NCBI GenBank assembly: GCA_002492145.1
Contig: DKXH01000047.1
Coordinates: 19,007 to 83,006, forward strand
Direction of reading: 5' to 3'
Source of the DNA: Sutterellaceae bacterium UBA7131
GTDB taxonomy: Bacteria; Pseudomonadota; Gammaproteobacteria; Burkholderiales; Burkholderiaceae_F
DNA length: 64,000 bases
Part shown: piece by piece, positions 37,838 through 47,619 of the stretch
Numbering within the stretch: the first letter of the stretch is position 1
Layout: each line of letters begins with the position of its first letter
Translations under genes and position numbers: made by a program
Notes under the pieces: model-generated
Told to the model about the DNA's origin: nothing
Database searches by the model: none
Seen by the model: only the letters and a program-made list of their open reading frames with translations

Positions 37838-39688
37838 ATGACTATTGCTCAAGGGAAGATTTCTCTTGACGACTGGGGCTGTGCATACAGCCCCGAGTTC
37901 GGAGATGTATATGCGTCCAAAGACGGGGCTTACGAACAGTCCCGTTTTGTTTTTTTGGGCGGAAACCGGCTGCCTGAGAGGTGGCAGGGAAAGGCTCAGT
38001 TCACGATCGTTGAGAACGGGTTCGGCCTCGGCACAAACTTTTTGACGACGCTGAAGGCGTGGCGAGAGGATCCGAAAAGGAGCGGCAAGCTTTTTTACTT
38101 GGCGATCGAGGGCTTTCCTCTCCAGGGAACAGACATCAAGACATTTGCATCTTCGGCGCTAAGAGCGGAGGCTGAAGAACTGGCCTACAAGTGGCCCACG
38201 GTGACGCCCGGTGTTCATCGTCTGACTTTTGACGGCGGACGTGTAGTTTTAGACCTTTATTTCATGCCGGCATCTGCCGCAGCTAAGAAATTGCCCGGCG
38301 CTTTTGATGCGTTCTATCCGGACGGATTTTCTCCGAAGAAGAATCCCGAGATGTGGGAGCCGAGGCTTCTCAAGGCAATTTGTTCTCATGCTAAAGAAGA
38401 CGCGACGCTCGCGACCTGGTGCGTCGCTTCTGCCGTGAGAAAAGCTTTTAACGAAGCCGGCTTTACGATCCAAAAAGTTCCAGGTTTTGGGCATAAGTCA
38501 GAGATGACCGTTGGGCGCTTTGAACCTAAGTTCAAGCATCGTCGATCAACCGCTTTTTTGAGTACAGCGAATGAACCTCAAACAGCGATTGTGATCGGAG
38601 CCGGTCTGGCCGGTTCCGCTGTGGCTTGCGAGCTGGCAAGCCGAGGCGTCAAAGTGCAAGTGATTGATGCGGGTCCGGTGGGAGCCTCAGGCGCTTCTGC
38701 GCTTCGTTGGGGTGTGGTACATGCTCAGCCCTCCGGAGACGATAATCAGCTGTTCAGGCTGACAAGGTCAGGCTTGGAGAAGCTGCAGGAAGAACTGAGC
38801 AGCTATCCGGAGTTAGTCCGGACGTCGGGCCTTTTCCAGATGGCCAGAGATGAAGGTGAACTTCAAAAATGGCAGCAGTGGTTTGCACAGTCAAAACCAT
38901 TTGCTTTTCCGAATGACTTCCTTCGGTTGATGTCGGCGGAAGAAGCAAAATCAAAAATCGGTCTAAAGCCTCGGTTGGGCGGCCTTTGGCACGAGGGCGC
39001 CGGAATCGTTGCCGTCGCTGAGTGGGTAAGGGCGCGATTGAATCGTTCAGGTACATCTTTGCTGTTGAACACCCGGGTAGGTTCTCTATCGAAGCACGAT
39101 CAAAAGTGGCAGGCCAAAGATGCTTTCAGACAAATCATCGCAGAGGCGGACGTGGTGGTTGTGTGCTGTGCGGCGGAAACTGCAAATCTTCTTCCCGGGA
39201 TCGAACTTCCGTTAACCCGATGGAAAGGCAGATTGTCACTGCTTTGTGACGGCGCTTTAGCGGACTTAAAAGGCGCAGTGACCGGGCCCGGCTATGCGAT
39301 TCATAGTCCTGACAGCTGGATCGGGGTCGGTGCAACCTATGAAAGCTCCGACAAACAGATGTCACCGCAAGAAGCACATCTAAAGAATCTTTCTCACTTA
39401 AAGGATTTATTTCCGCAATTAAGCCACGCAGATGCGGCCGGATTTTATGAAGGATTCCGCTGTGTCGCGCCGGATCGCTTGCCGGTTGTCGGCCAAGTTT
39501 CGGCGACAGGCGACTTTCAGAATGCGTCAGGTATTTACGTAAGCTGTGCTATGGGGTCCCGAGGAACGGTGTTTAATGAACTTGCTGCCAAAGTCATCGC
39601 GGCACAAATGTTTAATGAACCGATTCCGTTAGAAGCCGATCTTCTGCGGGCAATTGATCCGAGCAGATTTCTCAAAAAGTCTCGGTAA
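37838..39688 (+). CDS. mnmC: Bifunctional tRNA mnm5s2U34 methyltransferase / FAD-dependent cmnm5s2U oxidoreductase
   Basis: 616 aa. N-terminal SPEFGDVY..FTIVENGFGLGTNF module and a C-terminal DAO fold (VIGAGLAGSAVA). Confidence 0.85.
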   Translation: MTIAQGKISLDDWGCAYSPEFGDVYASKDGAYEQSRFVFLGGNRLPERWQGKAQFTIVENGFGLGTNFLTTLKAWREDPKRSGKLFYLAIEGFPLQGTDIKTFASSALRAEAEELAYKWPTVTPGVHRLTFDGGRVVLDLYFMPASAAAKKLPGAFDAFYPDGFSPKKNPEMWEPRLLKAICSHAKEDATLATWCVASAVRKAFNEAGFTIQKVPGFGHKSEMTVGRFEPKFKHRRSTAFLSTANEPQTAIVIGAGLAGSAVACELASRGVKVQVIDAGPVGASGASALRWGVVHAQPSGDDNQLFRLTRSGLEKLQEELSSYPELVRTSGLFQMARDEGELQKWQQWFAQSKPFAFPNDFLRLMSAEEAKSKIGLKPRLGGLWHEGAGIVAVAEWVRARLNRSGTSLLLNTRVGSLSKHDQKWQAKDAFRQIIAEADVVVVCCAAETANLLPGIELPLTRWKGRLSLLCDGALADLKGAVTGPGYAIHSPDSWIGVGATYESSDKQMSPQEAHLKNLSHLKDLFPQLSHADAAGFYEGFRCVAPDRLPVVGQVSATGDFQNASGIYVSCAMGSRGTVFNELAAKVIAAQMFNEPIPLEADLLRAIDPSRFLKKSR

Positions 39689-39725
39689 ACGGAGCATTGT
39701 TGAGCCTGCGGCCGACTCGTAGAAT

Positions 39726-40670
39726 ATGAGCCAAAACAAATCCCAAAAAATACCATCTATGACCGCTCAAACCAAAGGACTTCTTGCCGCAGTCGGCGCC
39801 TATCTCTGCTGGGGCTTCATGCCCTTGTACTGGGCTCTATTCGGAAGCGTATGCGGCTGGGAAGTTATCGGTCATCGAGTGCTTTGGTCTCTGATTCTGA
39901 TCTCAGCGTTTCTGATGCTGATCGGGCGGTTTTCCGAGATCTTCAGTACGCTTCGCAGCTTCAAAAAGAAGCCGATCCAATACTTCAACTTATTTGCCGC
40001 AGCATCTATTGCGGCGATTAACTGGTGGATCAACGTTTACGCGGCCACGTCCAACCAAGTCGTGGAACTTGGCATTGGGATGTTTTTAACGCCATTGTTT
40101 ACCGTTGCGCTCGGTGTGGTGTTTTTTAGAGAGCGTCTGAGCCGATTAAAACAGCTAAGTGTGTTTCTGCCTTTTCTCGGCGTCTGCATCATGATCTATA
40201 CGCTCGGTCGGATGCCTTGGATTGCATTGGGCGTTTCTTCTTCATGGGCGCTTTACGGTGTCTTTAAGAAGCGGCTCGGCATCGATCCTTGGGTGAGCAA
40301 TGCCTTGGAAGCGTCTCTCATGCTTCCGTTTGCGATTGCCTACCTGTTCTATCTTGACGCTAACGGTGTCGGAGCTTTCGTCGCTGGCGGAACTTACATC
40401 ACAATTCTTCTCATCAACGTAGGGCTTGTGACATCGGTACCGATGATTGCTTTCTCGGCTGCAGCAAATGTCCTTCCGCTGACGATCCTTGGGTTTATTC
40501 AGTACATGAACCCGATTCTCACGCTGCTTGTGGGCTTGGTTTTCTTCCATGAACCGTTCAATCATCAGCAGTTCATCCCGTTATTATTTATTTGGGCAGG
40601 CATTCTGACTTTCATCTACAGCGAATTTAGAGAGAAAGCGGCTCGAAGAATTCAAACTTCACAGGCTTGA
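39726..40670 (+). CDS. rarD: EamA/RarD family transporter
   Basis: 10-TM protein with the RarD-like motif GLLAAVGAYLCWGFMPLYW. The alternative ATG at 39759 (MTAQTKG) may be the true start. Confidence 0.8.
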   Translation: MSQNKSQKIPSMTAQTKGLLAAVGAYLCWGFMPLYWALFGSVCGWEVIGHRVLWSLILISAFLMLIGRFSEIFSTLRSFKKKPIQYFNLFAAASIAAINWWINVYAATSNQVVELGIGMFLTPLFTVALGVVFFRERLSRLKQLSVFLPFLGVCIMIYTLGRMPWIALGVSSSWALYGVFKKRLGIDPWVSNALEASLMLPFAIAYLFYLDANGVGAFVAGGTYITILLINVGLVTSVPMIAFSAAANVLPLTILGFIQYMNPILTLLVGLVFFHEPFNHQQFIPLLFIWAGILTFIYSEFREKAARRIQTSQA

Positions 40671-40797
40671 TGCTGAAGCAGAACTTCGCATAAAAGCGGG
40701 TGCGAGGAGCATCTTCTTCGGAGCGTGAAATAGTCATAGATTGCACGCTAACTGACTGAAGGAACGTCAAAAATCACTTATCATTACGCCTTGCTTT

Positions 40798-41175
40798 TTG
40801 TTTTGGTCGGTGTTTTTTATGTTTATCGTCTCTCGTAATCGAGCTCCGTGGGTCGCTTTTGCGTTTATCGCAGTGGTGTCTATCGGAGCTTTCATGCGTT
40901 TTCAGCAAAGTGCGGAAACCGACGCGAAAAACTTAGAACTCGATCGAGAAGAGTTTCAGCTTTTTAAAAAAGATTTAGCTCCGATTAATTTGCCCGAGAA
41001 GATGATGAATTCGACAGTTCTTTTCGAGCTGTTCCGCTGCGGTGTTCGTTCTATTAACGAAGCCGGCTACTGCAATAAGATCGGAGAGGATTTTTTCAGC
41101 CAGCTGTCTGACGAACAAAAGAAAGCCATTCGTCCGATTTTCAATAAATATTTCAGTAACCGTCCCGTCAGGTAG
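40798..41175 (+). CDS. Hypothetical membrane-anchored protein
   Basis: 125 aa from a TTG start (alternative ATG at 40819). One N-terminal TM segment and no recognisable domain. Confidence 0.4.
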   Translation: MFWSVFFMFIVSRNRAPWVAFAFIAVVSIGAFMRFQQSAETDAKNLELDREEFQLFKKDLAPINLPEKMMNSTVLFELFRCGVRSINEAGYCNKIGEDFFSQLSDEQKKAIRPIFNKYFSNRPVR

Positions 41176-41186
41176 GCAGTATTCTC

Positions 41187-42014
41187 ATGGATTGGATTCT
41201 TTATTTAAAAGCCGTCATTCTCGGTATCGTTGAGGGTTTGACGGAGTTTTTGCCGGTCTCTTCCACCGGTCACTTGATTGTTGCCGGCAGCTTACTTGAC
41301 TACACAGGACAGGAAGCAGATACCTTTTACATCGCGATTCAGGCCGGCGCTATCTTTGCGGTGTGCTGGCACTATCGTCAGCGCCTGATTGATATCTGTT
41401 TGGGCCTTTTCTCCGATAAAGTTCAGCAGCGTCTGGCAATCAACACTATTGTTGCCTTCCTGCCCGCAGCGGTGATTGGCGTATTGGTAGCAAGCTATAT
41501 TAAGAAATGGCTGTTTAACCCGATTGCGGTCGCAACGGCCTTAGTTGTAGGCGGCGTGATCATCCTCATCGTTGAATACTTCCAAGATAAGAAGACTTAC
41601 AAGCCGCGCGTAGAGACGATGGACGATATGAGCTGGAAAGACGCTCTGAGGGTCGGTTTTCTGCAGTGCTTGGCCATGATCCCGGGCACCAGCCGTTCCG
41701 GCGCAACCATCATCGGCGGTCTTTGCATTGGCTTGTCCAGAAAGGCAGCGACGGAATTTTCTTTCTTCCTGGCAATCCCGACGATTTTCGGCGCTACAGT
41801 TTATGACCTTTGGAAGTCCAGAGACGTACTGACAGCAACAGCGCTTCCGATGATTTCCGTGGGTTTCGTCGTGTCATTCTTCTCCGCACTCGTCGTGGTC
41901 CGCTGGCTGCTTCATTACGTTTCTAAGCATGACTTCTCCGCATTCGGCTGGTACCGAATCTTTTTCGGCGGCGTCATTCTTCTGACGTGGTGGACCGGAC
42001 TGGTTCAGTGGTAA
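41187..42014 (+). CDS. uppP: Undecaprenyl-diphosphate phosphatase
   Basis: 275 aa with the motifs GIVEGLTEFLPVSSTGHL and PGTSRSGATI. Confidence 0.93.
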   Translation: MDWILYLKAVILGIVEGLTEFLPVSSTGHLIVAGSLLDYTGQEADTFYIAIQAGAIFAVCWHYRQRLIDICLGLFSDKVQQRLAINTIVAFLPAAVIGVLVASYIKKWLFNPIAVATALVVGGVIILIVEYFQDKKTYKPRVETMDDMSWKDALRVGFLQCLAMIPGTSRSGATIIGGLCIGLSRKAATEFSFFLAIPTIFGATVYDLWKSRDVLTATALPMISVGFVVSFFSALVVVRWLLHYVSKHDFSAFGWYRIFFGGVILLTWWTGLVQW

Positions 42015-42037
42015 CGAGTCAAAAGAAACGATCCAAA

Positions 42038-42063
42038 CCAAACGGCGCCGAGGCGCCGTTTGG
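42038..42063. terminator. Bidirectional terminator hairpin
   Basis: CCAAACGGCGCC-ga-GGCGCCGTTTGG between the convergent uppP and trmB. Confidence 0.6.
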
Positions 42064-42076
42064 TGTTCCTGAGGCC

Positions 42077-42799
42077 TTAAATCTTGCGGAAAACGAAATC
42101 CCAACAGCCGTGACCCAAACGGTTGCCGCGTTCATTGAATTTTGTCGTCGGACGCTTAATAAGCGGATTTTCCGGCTGGGGAGCGGCTCCTTCGTGGAGG
42201 TTTTCTAATGTCGGCTCTGCAGATAAGACTTCCAGCATCTGTTCGGCATAGTTTTCCCAGTCGGTGGCGCAGTGGAAATAGGCGCCTTTTTTCATTTTCG
42301 GAACGAGAAGTTTTAAGAAGCTCTCGTTGATCAGACGGCGCTTATGATGACGGGCTTTTCTCCAAGGATCCGGGAAGAAGATATGCACGCCGTCTAAGGA
42401 ATTGTCTTCGAGCATGTCTCTGACGACTTCCACCGCGTCATGACGGAAAATACGGACGTTTTTGAGGTTCATGTCATGAAGACGTTTGCTTAGGGCGCCG
42501 ACGCCGGCAGCAAATACCTCGCAGCCGATGAAATTGATTTCAGGATGAGCCTGTGCAATCGCAGCAGTGGTTTCGCCCATGCCGCAGCCGATTTCCAGGA
42601 CCAGCGGATTGTTGTTTCCGAATGTCTTGACCGCATCGAACATTTGATTGGCGTCATAGGGAATTTCATACAGTGGAAGCAGTTCTTCCAGCGCTTTTTC
42701 CTGGGCGTTGCTGATGTGCCCGCGGCGCATGCAGAAGCTGCGGATATGACGTTTTTTCAGTTCTTCGATTTGTTCGGGAGTCAGCGGTTCTGTTGACAT
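42077..42799 (-). CDS. trmB: tRNA (guanine46-N7)-methyltransferase
   Basis: 240 aa with the motifs LEIGCGMGE and FFPDPWRKARHHKRR. Confidence 0.92.
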   Translation of the reverse strand: MSTEPLTPEQIEELKKRHIRSFCMRRGHISNAQEKALEELLPLYEIPYDANQMFDAVKTFGNNNPLVLEIGCGMGETTAAIAQAHPEINFIGCEVFAAGVGALSKRLHDMNLKNVRIFRHDAVEVVRDMLEDNSLDGVHIFFPDPWRKARHHKRRLINESFLKLLVPKMKKGAYFHCATDWENYAEQMLEVLSAEPTLENLHEGAAPQPENPLIKRPTTKFNERGNRLGHGCWDFVFRKI

Positions 42800-42958
42800 G
42801 TGAAAGGATCCTTAATAAAAGCGAGGCTCAATTTTAGAAAATTAAGACGTGATTGTCTGCGATATTTTCTTGAAGTTACAGGCGGTTATAGATTAAGTAT
42901 TGTTTGTTCAAGAGTTAACTGCGTGAAGTCAAAGTAGGAATGAGAAGGATTTTTCGAT

Positions 42959-42970
42959 ATGCCTAGGCAT
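42959..42970. promoter_or_regulatory. Perfect 12-bp palindrome ATGCCTAGGCAT upstream of the response-regulator gene (copy 1)
   Basis: Read directly. The 15-nt string ATATGCCTAGGCATG is identical to 45676-45690. Confidence 0.55.
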
Positions 42971-43068
42971 GCCTAAGAACACACGTTGTATGCCGTTTAG
43001 TGGTGGTGGAGATACTGATGGGTGACGTGCAGTCGGCTCTTGTAGAATGTCCGCAAAGGATCGAGCCT

Positions 43069-43737
43069 ATGACAACCTACAGCAAGAGAGAAAAACTCAA
43101 GCCGCTTATAAGAATCGTGGATGATAACCAGGCGATTCTCAACTCATTGACCTTCATGCTTACTTGTGAAGGATATGAAGTTGCGTCATTTAGCTCGGCA
43201 GAAGCTTTTTTGGCCGGAGATACACCCAGCCGAGAGGGTCTGCTGATTTTAGATGTTCAAATGCCGGGGCTGTCGGGATTGGAGCTGTTTAAGGTTCTCA
43301 ATATGAGGGCTTATAAACTGCCGATTATTTTTCTGACGGCCCACGCAGATGTTGACATGGCTGTTGCGGCAATGCGGGAAGGCGCCTGCGATTTTCATCA
43401 AAAACCGATCAATCCTGAGACATTGCTTCCTGCGATTGCCAGAGGTTTAGAAAAAGCTCGCATCAGCAAGAGCGGCTTAGGCGATATCAAAGAGGAAGTT
43501 GAACGTTTTAAAGCACTGACCGAGCGGGAAGAGCAAATTTGCCGCTTAGTCGCAAAAGGCCTTGTTAGCCGTGAGATTGCAGAGCGTTTAGTGATTTCTC
43601 AGAGAACCGTTGATCACCACAGAACGGCGGCACTTTCCAAATTGAACATCCGAGAGCCCGCAGAGCTTGCTTTGTTTTTCGAAAGAATCGACGCATGGCG
43701 CAAGAGCGCCGGCCACGCGGGTCAGAACTTATTCTGA
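43069..43737 (+). CDS. FixJ/LuxR-type response regulator (TtrR-like)
   Basis: REC domain (IRIVDDN..LLILDVQMPG..FLTAH..KP) and a LuxR HTH (LTEREEQICRLVAKGLVSREIA). Start set at the ATG; the track ORF starts at a GTG at 43000. Confidence 0.85.
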   Translation: MTTYSKREKLKPLIRIVDDNQAILNSLTFMLTCEGYEVASFSSAEAFLAGDTPSREGLLILDVQMPGLSGLELFKVLNMRAYKLPIIFLTAHADVDMAVAAMREGACDFHQKPINPETLLPAIARGLEKARISKSGLGDIKEEVERFKALTEREEQICRLVAKGLVSREIAERLVISQRTVDHHRTAALSKLNIREPAELALFFERIDAWRKSAGHAGQNLF

Positions 43738-45573
43738 AGAACCGGGATTCTCATCGGCTTCCGGCAGAAAAATAACTGCCTTCAGACCATTCTCCGGACC
43801 TCTGAAAAATTCCAACTGACCTCCGTGATTCTCGACAATCAGCCGCACGATAGATAAGCCGAGTCCTAAACCGTCGATCTTTGAACTGGATAAGACGGAG
43901 CTGAGTTTTTCAAAAGCCTCATCGCTCAGGCGCGGACCGTTGTCGCTGACGCTAATGGCAATTCGTGGCGAACCGCCGGAGGACTTTTCCTTATGAACGG
44001 AGACGCTAACAGACGGATTCTTTTCAGAAGAAACGGCGTGGAGGGCGTTTTTCAATAAATTTTGAACCGCAAGTTCGAGCTCCGTCTTGTCGCTCCAGAT
44101 CTTGTCGTCTCTGCCCTTAAGCCCTGAAAAAGTTACTTTAGTAGGAGACAGCATGGCCTCATTGAGCGTGTTGACGGCTTCAAGAACAATCTCATTGGCA
44201 TTTAACAAAGAACGAGGCTGACCTTTTTTGCGCGCATAGGAGCGAACTTTTTCAAGGATAGACTCTGCAGTTTTAGCTTGAGATTTAATGGCACCTATGC
44301 CGGAACTCAGCATTGCGGAATTTGCCGGATTGTTTTGGTCTAGAAGCCTTTCAATTCCGTGGAGGTACCCGCTAATCGCTGAGAGCGGCTGCCTGAGTTC
44401 ATGAGCGACGATCAAAGACATTTGACCGACAACACCAGTCTTTTGCAGGGAGGCCATTTTTTCCTGCGCGCGTCTGGCCTTTTCTTCCAATCTCCTTTGG
44501 TTTTGAAAAGATTCTCTGAGCTGGCGTGTCCGTTTTTCAACTAAATAACCGGTTCGAATATTGTGCGCAATGCCCGTGGCCAAGAGAACTAGACCTAAGA
44601 GACACCAGGGCCAATACATATCCCAGAAACGTTTCAGGTTCCACTCTCGAAGATAGGCATAAGGTCCTCTGCGAATTTGCTTGTACATAGCATCCGCCCC
44701 TGAGTAGTCACTGGCCACGGTCCAATGGAGTCCGCCTGGGTTAGACGGAAGTGAAAACAGCTTGAGAACTACTCGGCGGGAAAGCTCAGGCGAGAGGCGC
44801 GGTGTTGCAGCGATTGTCCAGTTGGGATAAAGATCGGTTGAAGTTAGACAGCGCTCAGACTCTCCGACATCTTTAACTAGGAGCGGCTTGATATCGTCAA
44901 CGTTGTCTCCTTGTTTCTTCAAGTTTTCCAACAGGCAATTTCGAATAATGCCGATATCTGCCTGATTATTCCGAAGTTTGGTCAGGACGGCCGGCATGTC
45001 GTAGTGCGTATAGATTTCAGAGCTGAAGAAATGATCTGGGTCTTGGCCTCTCTGAGCCAACTCTCCCAGAGCTAAGTCGTGGCCGGCAAATCCATTCGGG
45101 CCTGTGGCTGCAAGCCGTTTTCCTTTCATGTCTTCCAGCGTGTTGATATCGTTCCGGCTTTTTAGTGTGACAAAAAGACTGCCTTCCGCTTTGTTGGGGT
45201 CGGGATGCAGATCTGAAGCGACAGTCGCTAAATCTCGAAGACCTTTGTTCGGCATGCGAAGATATGTTCCTGTTGAGCCAAGGACGAGATCGGCATCTTT
45301 GATGTCTTCCGGGTTTCCGGAAAACAGCACCGCACGGAAGTTGTTCGGGCCGAAAACTTCTTGGAGGGCACGGAAAGTCTGAGGAATGATGTCTTCTTGA
45401 CCGTTCGGACGTGCCAGCGGGGACACCAGCATCGTGATGAAGGGGCTGTTCGGATCCGGTCTCCCGAATGGCTTAACGAGTACTTCCGAGGGCGAAACTG
45501 ATTCTTCCGATAAAGCGGACAGAGATAAAACGCACAGACAAAGAAGAGTAAGAGTTCTCAGAAAAGTCTTCAT
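43729..45573 (-). CDS. Sensor histidine kinase with a periplasmic solute-binding-like domain (TtrS-like)
   Basis: 614 aa: signal/TM segment, periplasmic domain with TtrS-like blocks (CLLEN, CLTSTDLYPNW), second TM, H-box AHELRQPLSAI and a HATPase domain (DNGPRL..GLGLGLS). Confidence 0.8.
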   Translation of the reverse strand: MKTFLRTLTLLCLCVLSLSALSEESVSPSEVLVKPFGRPDPNSPFITMLVSPLARPNGQEDIIPQTFRALQEVFGPNNFRAVLFSGNPEDIKDADLVLGSTGTYLRMPNKGLRDLATVASDLHPDPNKAEGSLFVTLKSRNDINTLEDMKGKRLAATGPNGFAGHDLALGELAQRGQDPDHFFSSEIYTHYDMPAVLTKLRNNQADIGIIRNCLLENLKKQGDNVDDIKPLLVKDVGESERCLTSTDLYPNWTIAATPRLSPELSRRVVLKLFSLPSNPGGLHWTVASDYSGADAMYKQIRRGPYAYLREWNLKRFWDMYWPWCLLGLVLLATGIAHNIRTGYLVEKRTRQLRESFQNQRRLEEKARRAQEKMASLQKTGVVGQMSLIVAHELRQPLSAISGYLHGIERLLDQNNPANSAMLSSGIGAIKSQAKTAESILEKVRSYARKKGQPRSLLNANEIVLEAVNTLNEAMLSPTKVTFSGLKGRDDKIWSDKTELELAVQNLLKNALHAVSSEKNPSVSVSVHKEKSSGGSPRIAISVSDNGPRLSDEAFEKLSSVLSSSKIDGLGLGLSIVRLIVENHGGQLEFFRGPENGLKAVIFLPEADENPGSSE

Positions 45574-45677
45574 ATGACCATCAAACCGAAGCGTCGGATG
45601 TTTTCAATTTAAAAGAGAACGAAGCTCATGAAAATTGGCACAAGCGACTAATTGACGATAGTTTGACAATAGACAAT

Positions 45678-45689
45678 ATGCCTAGGCAT
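45678..45689. promoter_or_regulatory. Perfect 12-bp palindrome ATGCCTAGGCAT in the divergent kinase/flavoprotein intergenic region (copy 2)
   Basis: Read directly. Its centre lies about 80 nt upstream of the flavoprotein ATG (45764) and about 110 nt upstream of the kinase ATG. Confidence 0.55.
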
Positions 45690-45763
45690 GTCTCAAAAAC
45701 ATAATGCATTCAATCGGACAAGAAAATAGTTCGTTACTTCCTCTAAACAAACAGGAATACATT

Positions 45764-47227
45764 ATGGTCTCAAGAAGAAACATGCTGAAAACAGGTCTGA
45801 CCGCCGTGTTCGGAGCCTGTGCCGTCCAGACAGCCTCTGCTTCCGAAGTACAGCAGAAGTCTCAGAACAATTTTGATGTCGTTATTCTCGGTGCCGGTAC
45901 CGGTGGCTTAGTCACTGCCATTGAAGCGGCCGATCTCGGACTGAAGCCCGTCGTCTTAGAAAAAATGGAATGCAGCGCTGGAAACTCCCTGTATGCATCT
46001 GGTGGTATTGCAGCCTGGGGCACCTCTCAGCAAAAAGAAGAAGGCAGGAACGAAACGAAAGAGTCTTTCAGAGAAGACATGATGAAGGTCTCCGAATATC
46101 GTGCCGACCCGGCCCTTGTTGGCGCCTATGTCAACCATATTCCGGAAGACTTCGAATGGCTCAAAAAGCAGGGTGTTAAGTTCTCGAAGATCGGCAAGAA
46201 GCCCTGGCCACTTAATTATCGAATGCACAATGTGGACGGACAGGGTTTGACGGGCGGTGCTCGTCTCGTCCGCTATCTGCTCGAAGCCTGTGAAAAGCGC
46301 AATATTCCGATTATCTACAACACTAAGGCCATCGAACTTTTAACGAACGACGCAGGCCGCGTAATCGGTGTCAGAGCCCAGGGAGATCTTCACAAGACGG
46401 ACTATTTTGCTAAGGACGGTGTAGTGATTGCGACCGGCGGTTTCTCCGCAAATCGTGAACTGCTTTGCCGTTATATGGGCGGTCCGCTTTCTCGCCTGGT
46501 TCTTCGCGGATCCCCGTATGTAACCGGGGACAACCTTATGCTCACCGCACCGGTCGGAGCGCAGCTTGTTCATATCGACCAGTTCCACTGCGGCCCGATC
46601 GTTGAGGAAACGCACGCTAATCCGAACTTTGTGATCGATGCCGGACAAGGTATTGATGTGGATGTGCGCGGTCATCGCTTCATGGACGAAATCTATACCT
46701 ACACTCAGAAGTCTATGGCTACGGCAACCAAGACGCCGGAAAACATGGCTTATCACATCATCGATGCTCACTGGCCTAAAGCCGAAAGCGCTGCGAAGAA
46801 GTTCCTGGCAATGAACACCAAAGTCCTGGTTGCTCAAACGCCGGAAGAGCTCGCCAAGAGAATGGGCGTCGATCCGAAGGTTATTCTTTCGCTCTTCAAA
46901 GAGTACAACGACGCGCTTGCCGCCAATAAATTGAAAGAACTGAATCCTCCGTGTTCTTTGAAGGAACCTCAGCCGTTAAATAAGGCTCCTTACTACGCTT
47001 TCCCGTTCCAAGGCGGTATTACAGCAACATTCGGCGGTCCGAAGATTAACGCAAACGCTCAGGTGATCAATAACGAAGGACGAGTGATTCCGGGACTCTA
47101 TGCTGTCGGAAACGCAGCCGGCGGTCTGTTCTACGGAAACTACATCGGCGGAACACAGTTGGGAGGCGCAACGGTCTTCGGAAGAATCGCCGCCCGAAAG
47201 ATGGCCTCTCTCCATAAAAACAACTGA
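45764..47227 (+). CDS. Periplasmic FAD-dependent reductase, fumarate-reductase/flavocytochrome-c (FccA/UrdA) family, with a Tat signal
   Basis: Twin-arginine leader MVSRRNMLKTGLTAVFGACAVQTASA and the FAD fold DVVILGAGTGGL. C-terminal PGLYAVGNAAGG. The track ORF starts 60 nt upstream. Confidence 0.85.
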   Translation: MVSRRNMLKTGLTAVFGACAVQTASASEVQQKSQNNFDVVILGAGTGGLVTAIEAADLGLKPVVLEKMECSAGNSLYASGGIAAWGTSQQKEEGRNETKESFREDMMKVSEYRADPALVGAYVNHIPEDFEWLKKQGVKFSKIGKKPWPLNYRMHNVDGQGLTGGARLVRYLLEACEKRNIPIIYNTKAIELLTNDAGRVIGVRAQGDLHKTDYFAKDGVVIATGGFSANRELLCRYMGGPLSRLVLRGSPYVTGDNLMLTAPVGAQLVHIDQFHCGPIVEETHANPNFVIDAGQGIDVDVRGHRFMDEIYTYTQKSMATATKTPENMAYHIIDAHWPKAESAAKKFLAMNTKVLVAQTPEELAKRMGVDPKVILSLFKEYNDALAANKLKELNPPCSLKEPQPLNKAPYYAFPFQGGITATFGGPKINANAQVINNEGRVIPGLYAVGNAAGGLFYGNYIGGTQLGGATVFGRIAARKMASLHKNN

Positions 47228-47242
47228 TAAAGGAATCTGAAA

Positions 47243-47569
47243 ATGAAACACCTCTTAGTGCTCGTGTTATCCGCGCTCACCGCCTCTGTTGTTTTTGCAC
47301 AGCCTTACACAGCAGACCGCCATCTTGCTCGGAAGGTTCCCTGTCAGGCTTGCCACGTGACCGGCGACACTTCGGTTCCAGTCCGAAAACAAAACTGCTT
47401 AGCCTGTCATCAGAGTTATGAAGTGGTTGCGCAGAAAACTAAAGATCTGAAACCGAATCCTCACTTCAACCATTACGGCGAACGTGATTGCTCAACCTGC
47501 CATTCAGGACACAAACCAAGCGTGACATCCTGCAATCAATGCCATAAGTTTGATTTGAAGACGCCGTAA
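47243..47569 (+). CDS. Small periplasmic tetraheme cytochrome c
   Basis: 108 aa with a signal peptide and four CXXCH motifs (CQACH, CLACH, CSTCH, CNQCH). Confidence 0.85.
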   Translation: MKHLLVLVLSALTASVVFAQPYTADRHLARKVPCQACHVTGDTSVPVRKQNCLACHQSYEVVAQKTKDLKPNPHFNHYGERDCSTCHSGHKPSVTSCNQCHKFDLKTP

Positions 47570-47592
47570 AGGTTTCTAAGTTTGAAATTTCG

Positions 47593-47619
47593 ACGCCGGC
47601 ACGTTCCGGCGTTCTGTTT
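47593..47619 (+). terminator. Rho-independent terminator after the cytochrome gene
   Basis: ACGCCGG-cacgtt-CCGGCGT followed by TCTGTTT. Confidence 0.6.
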
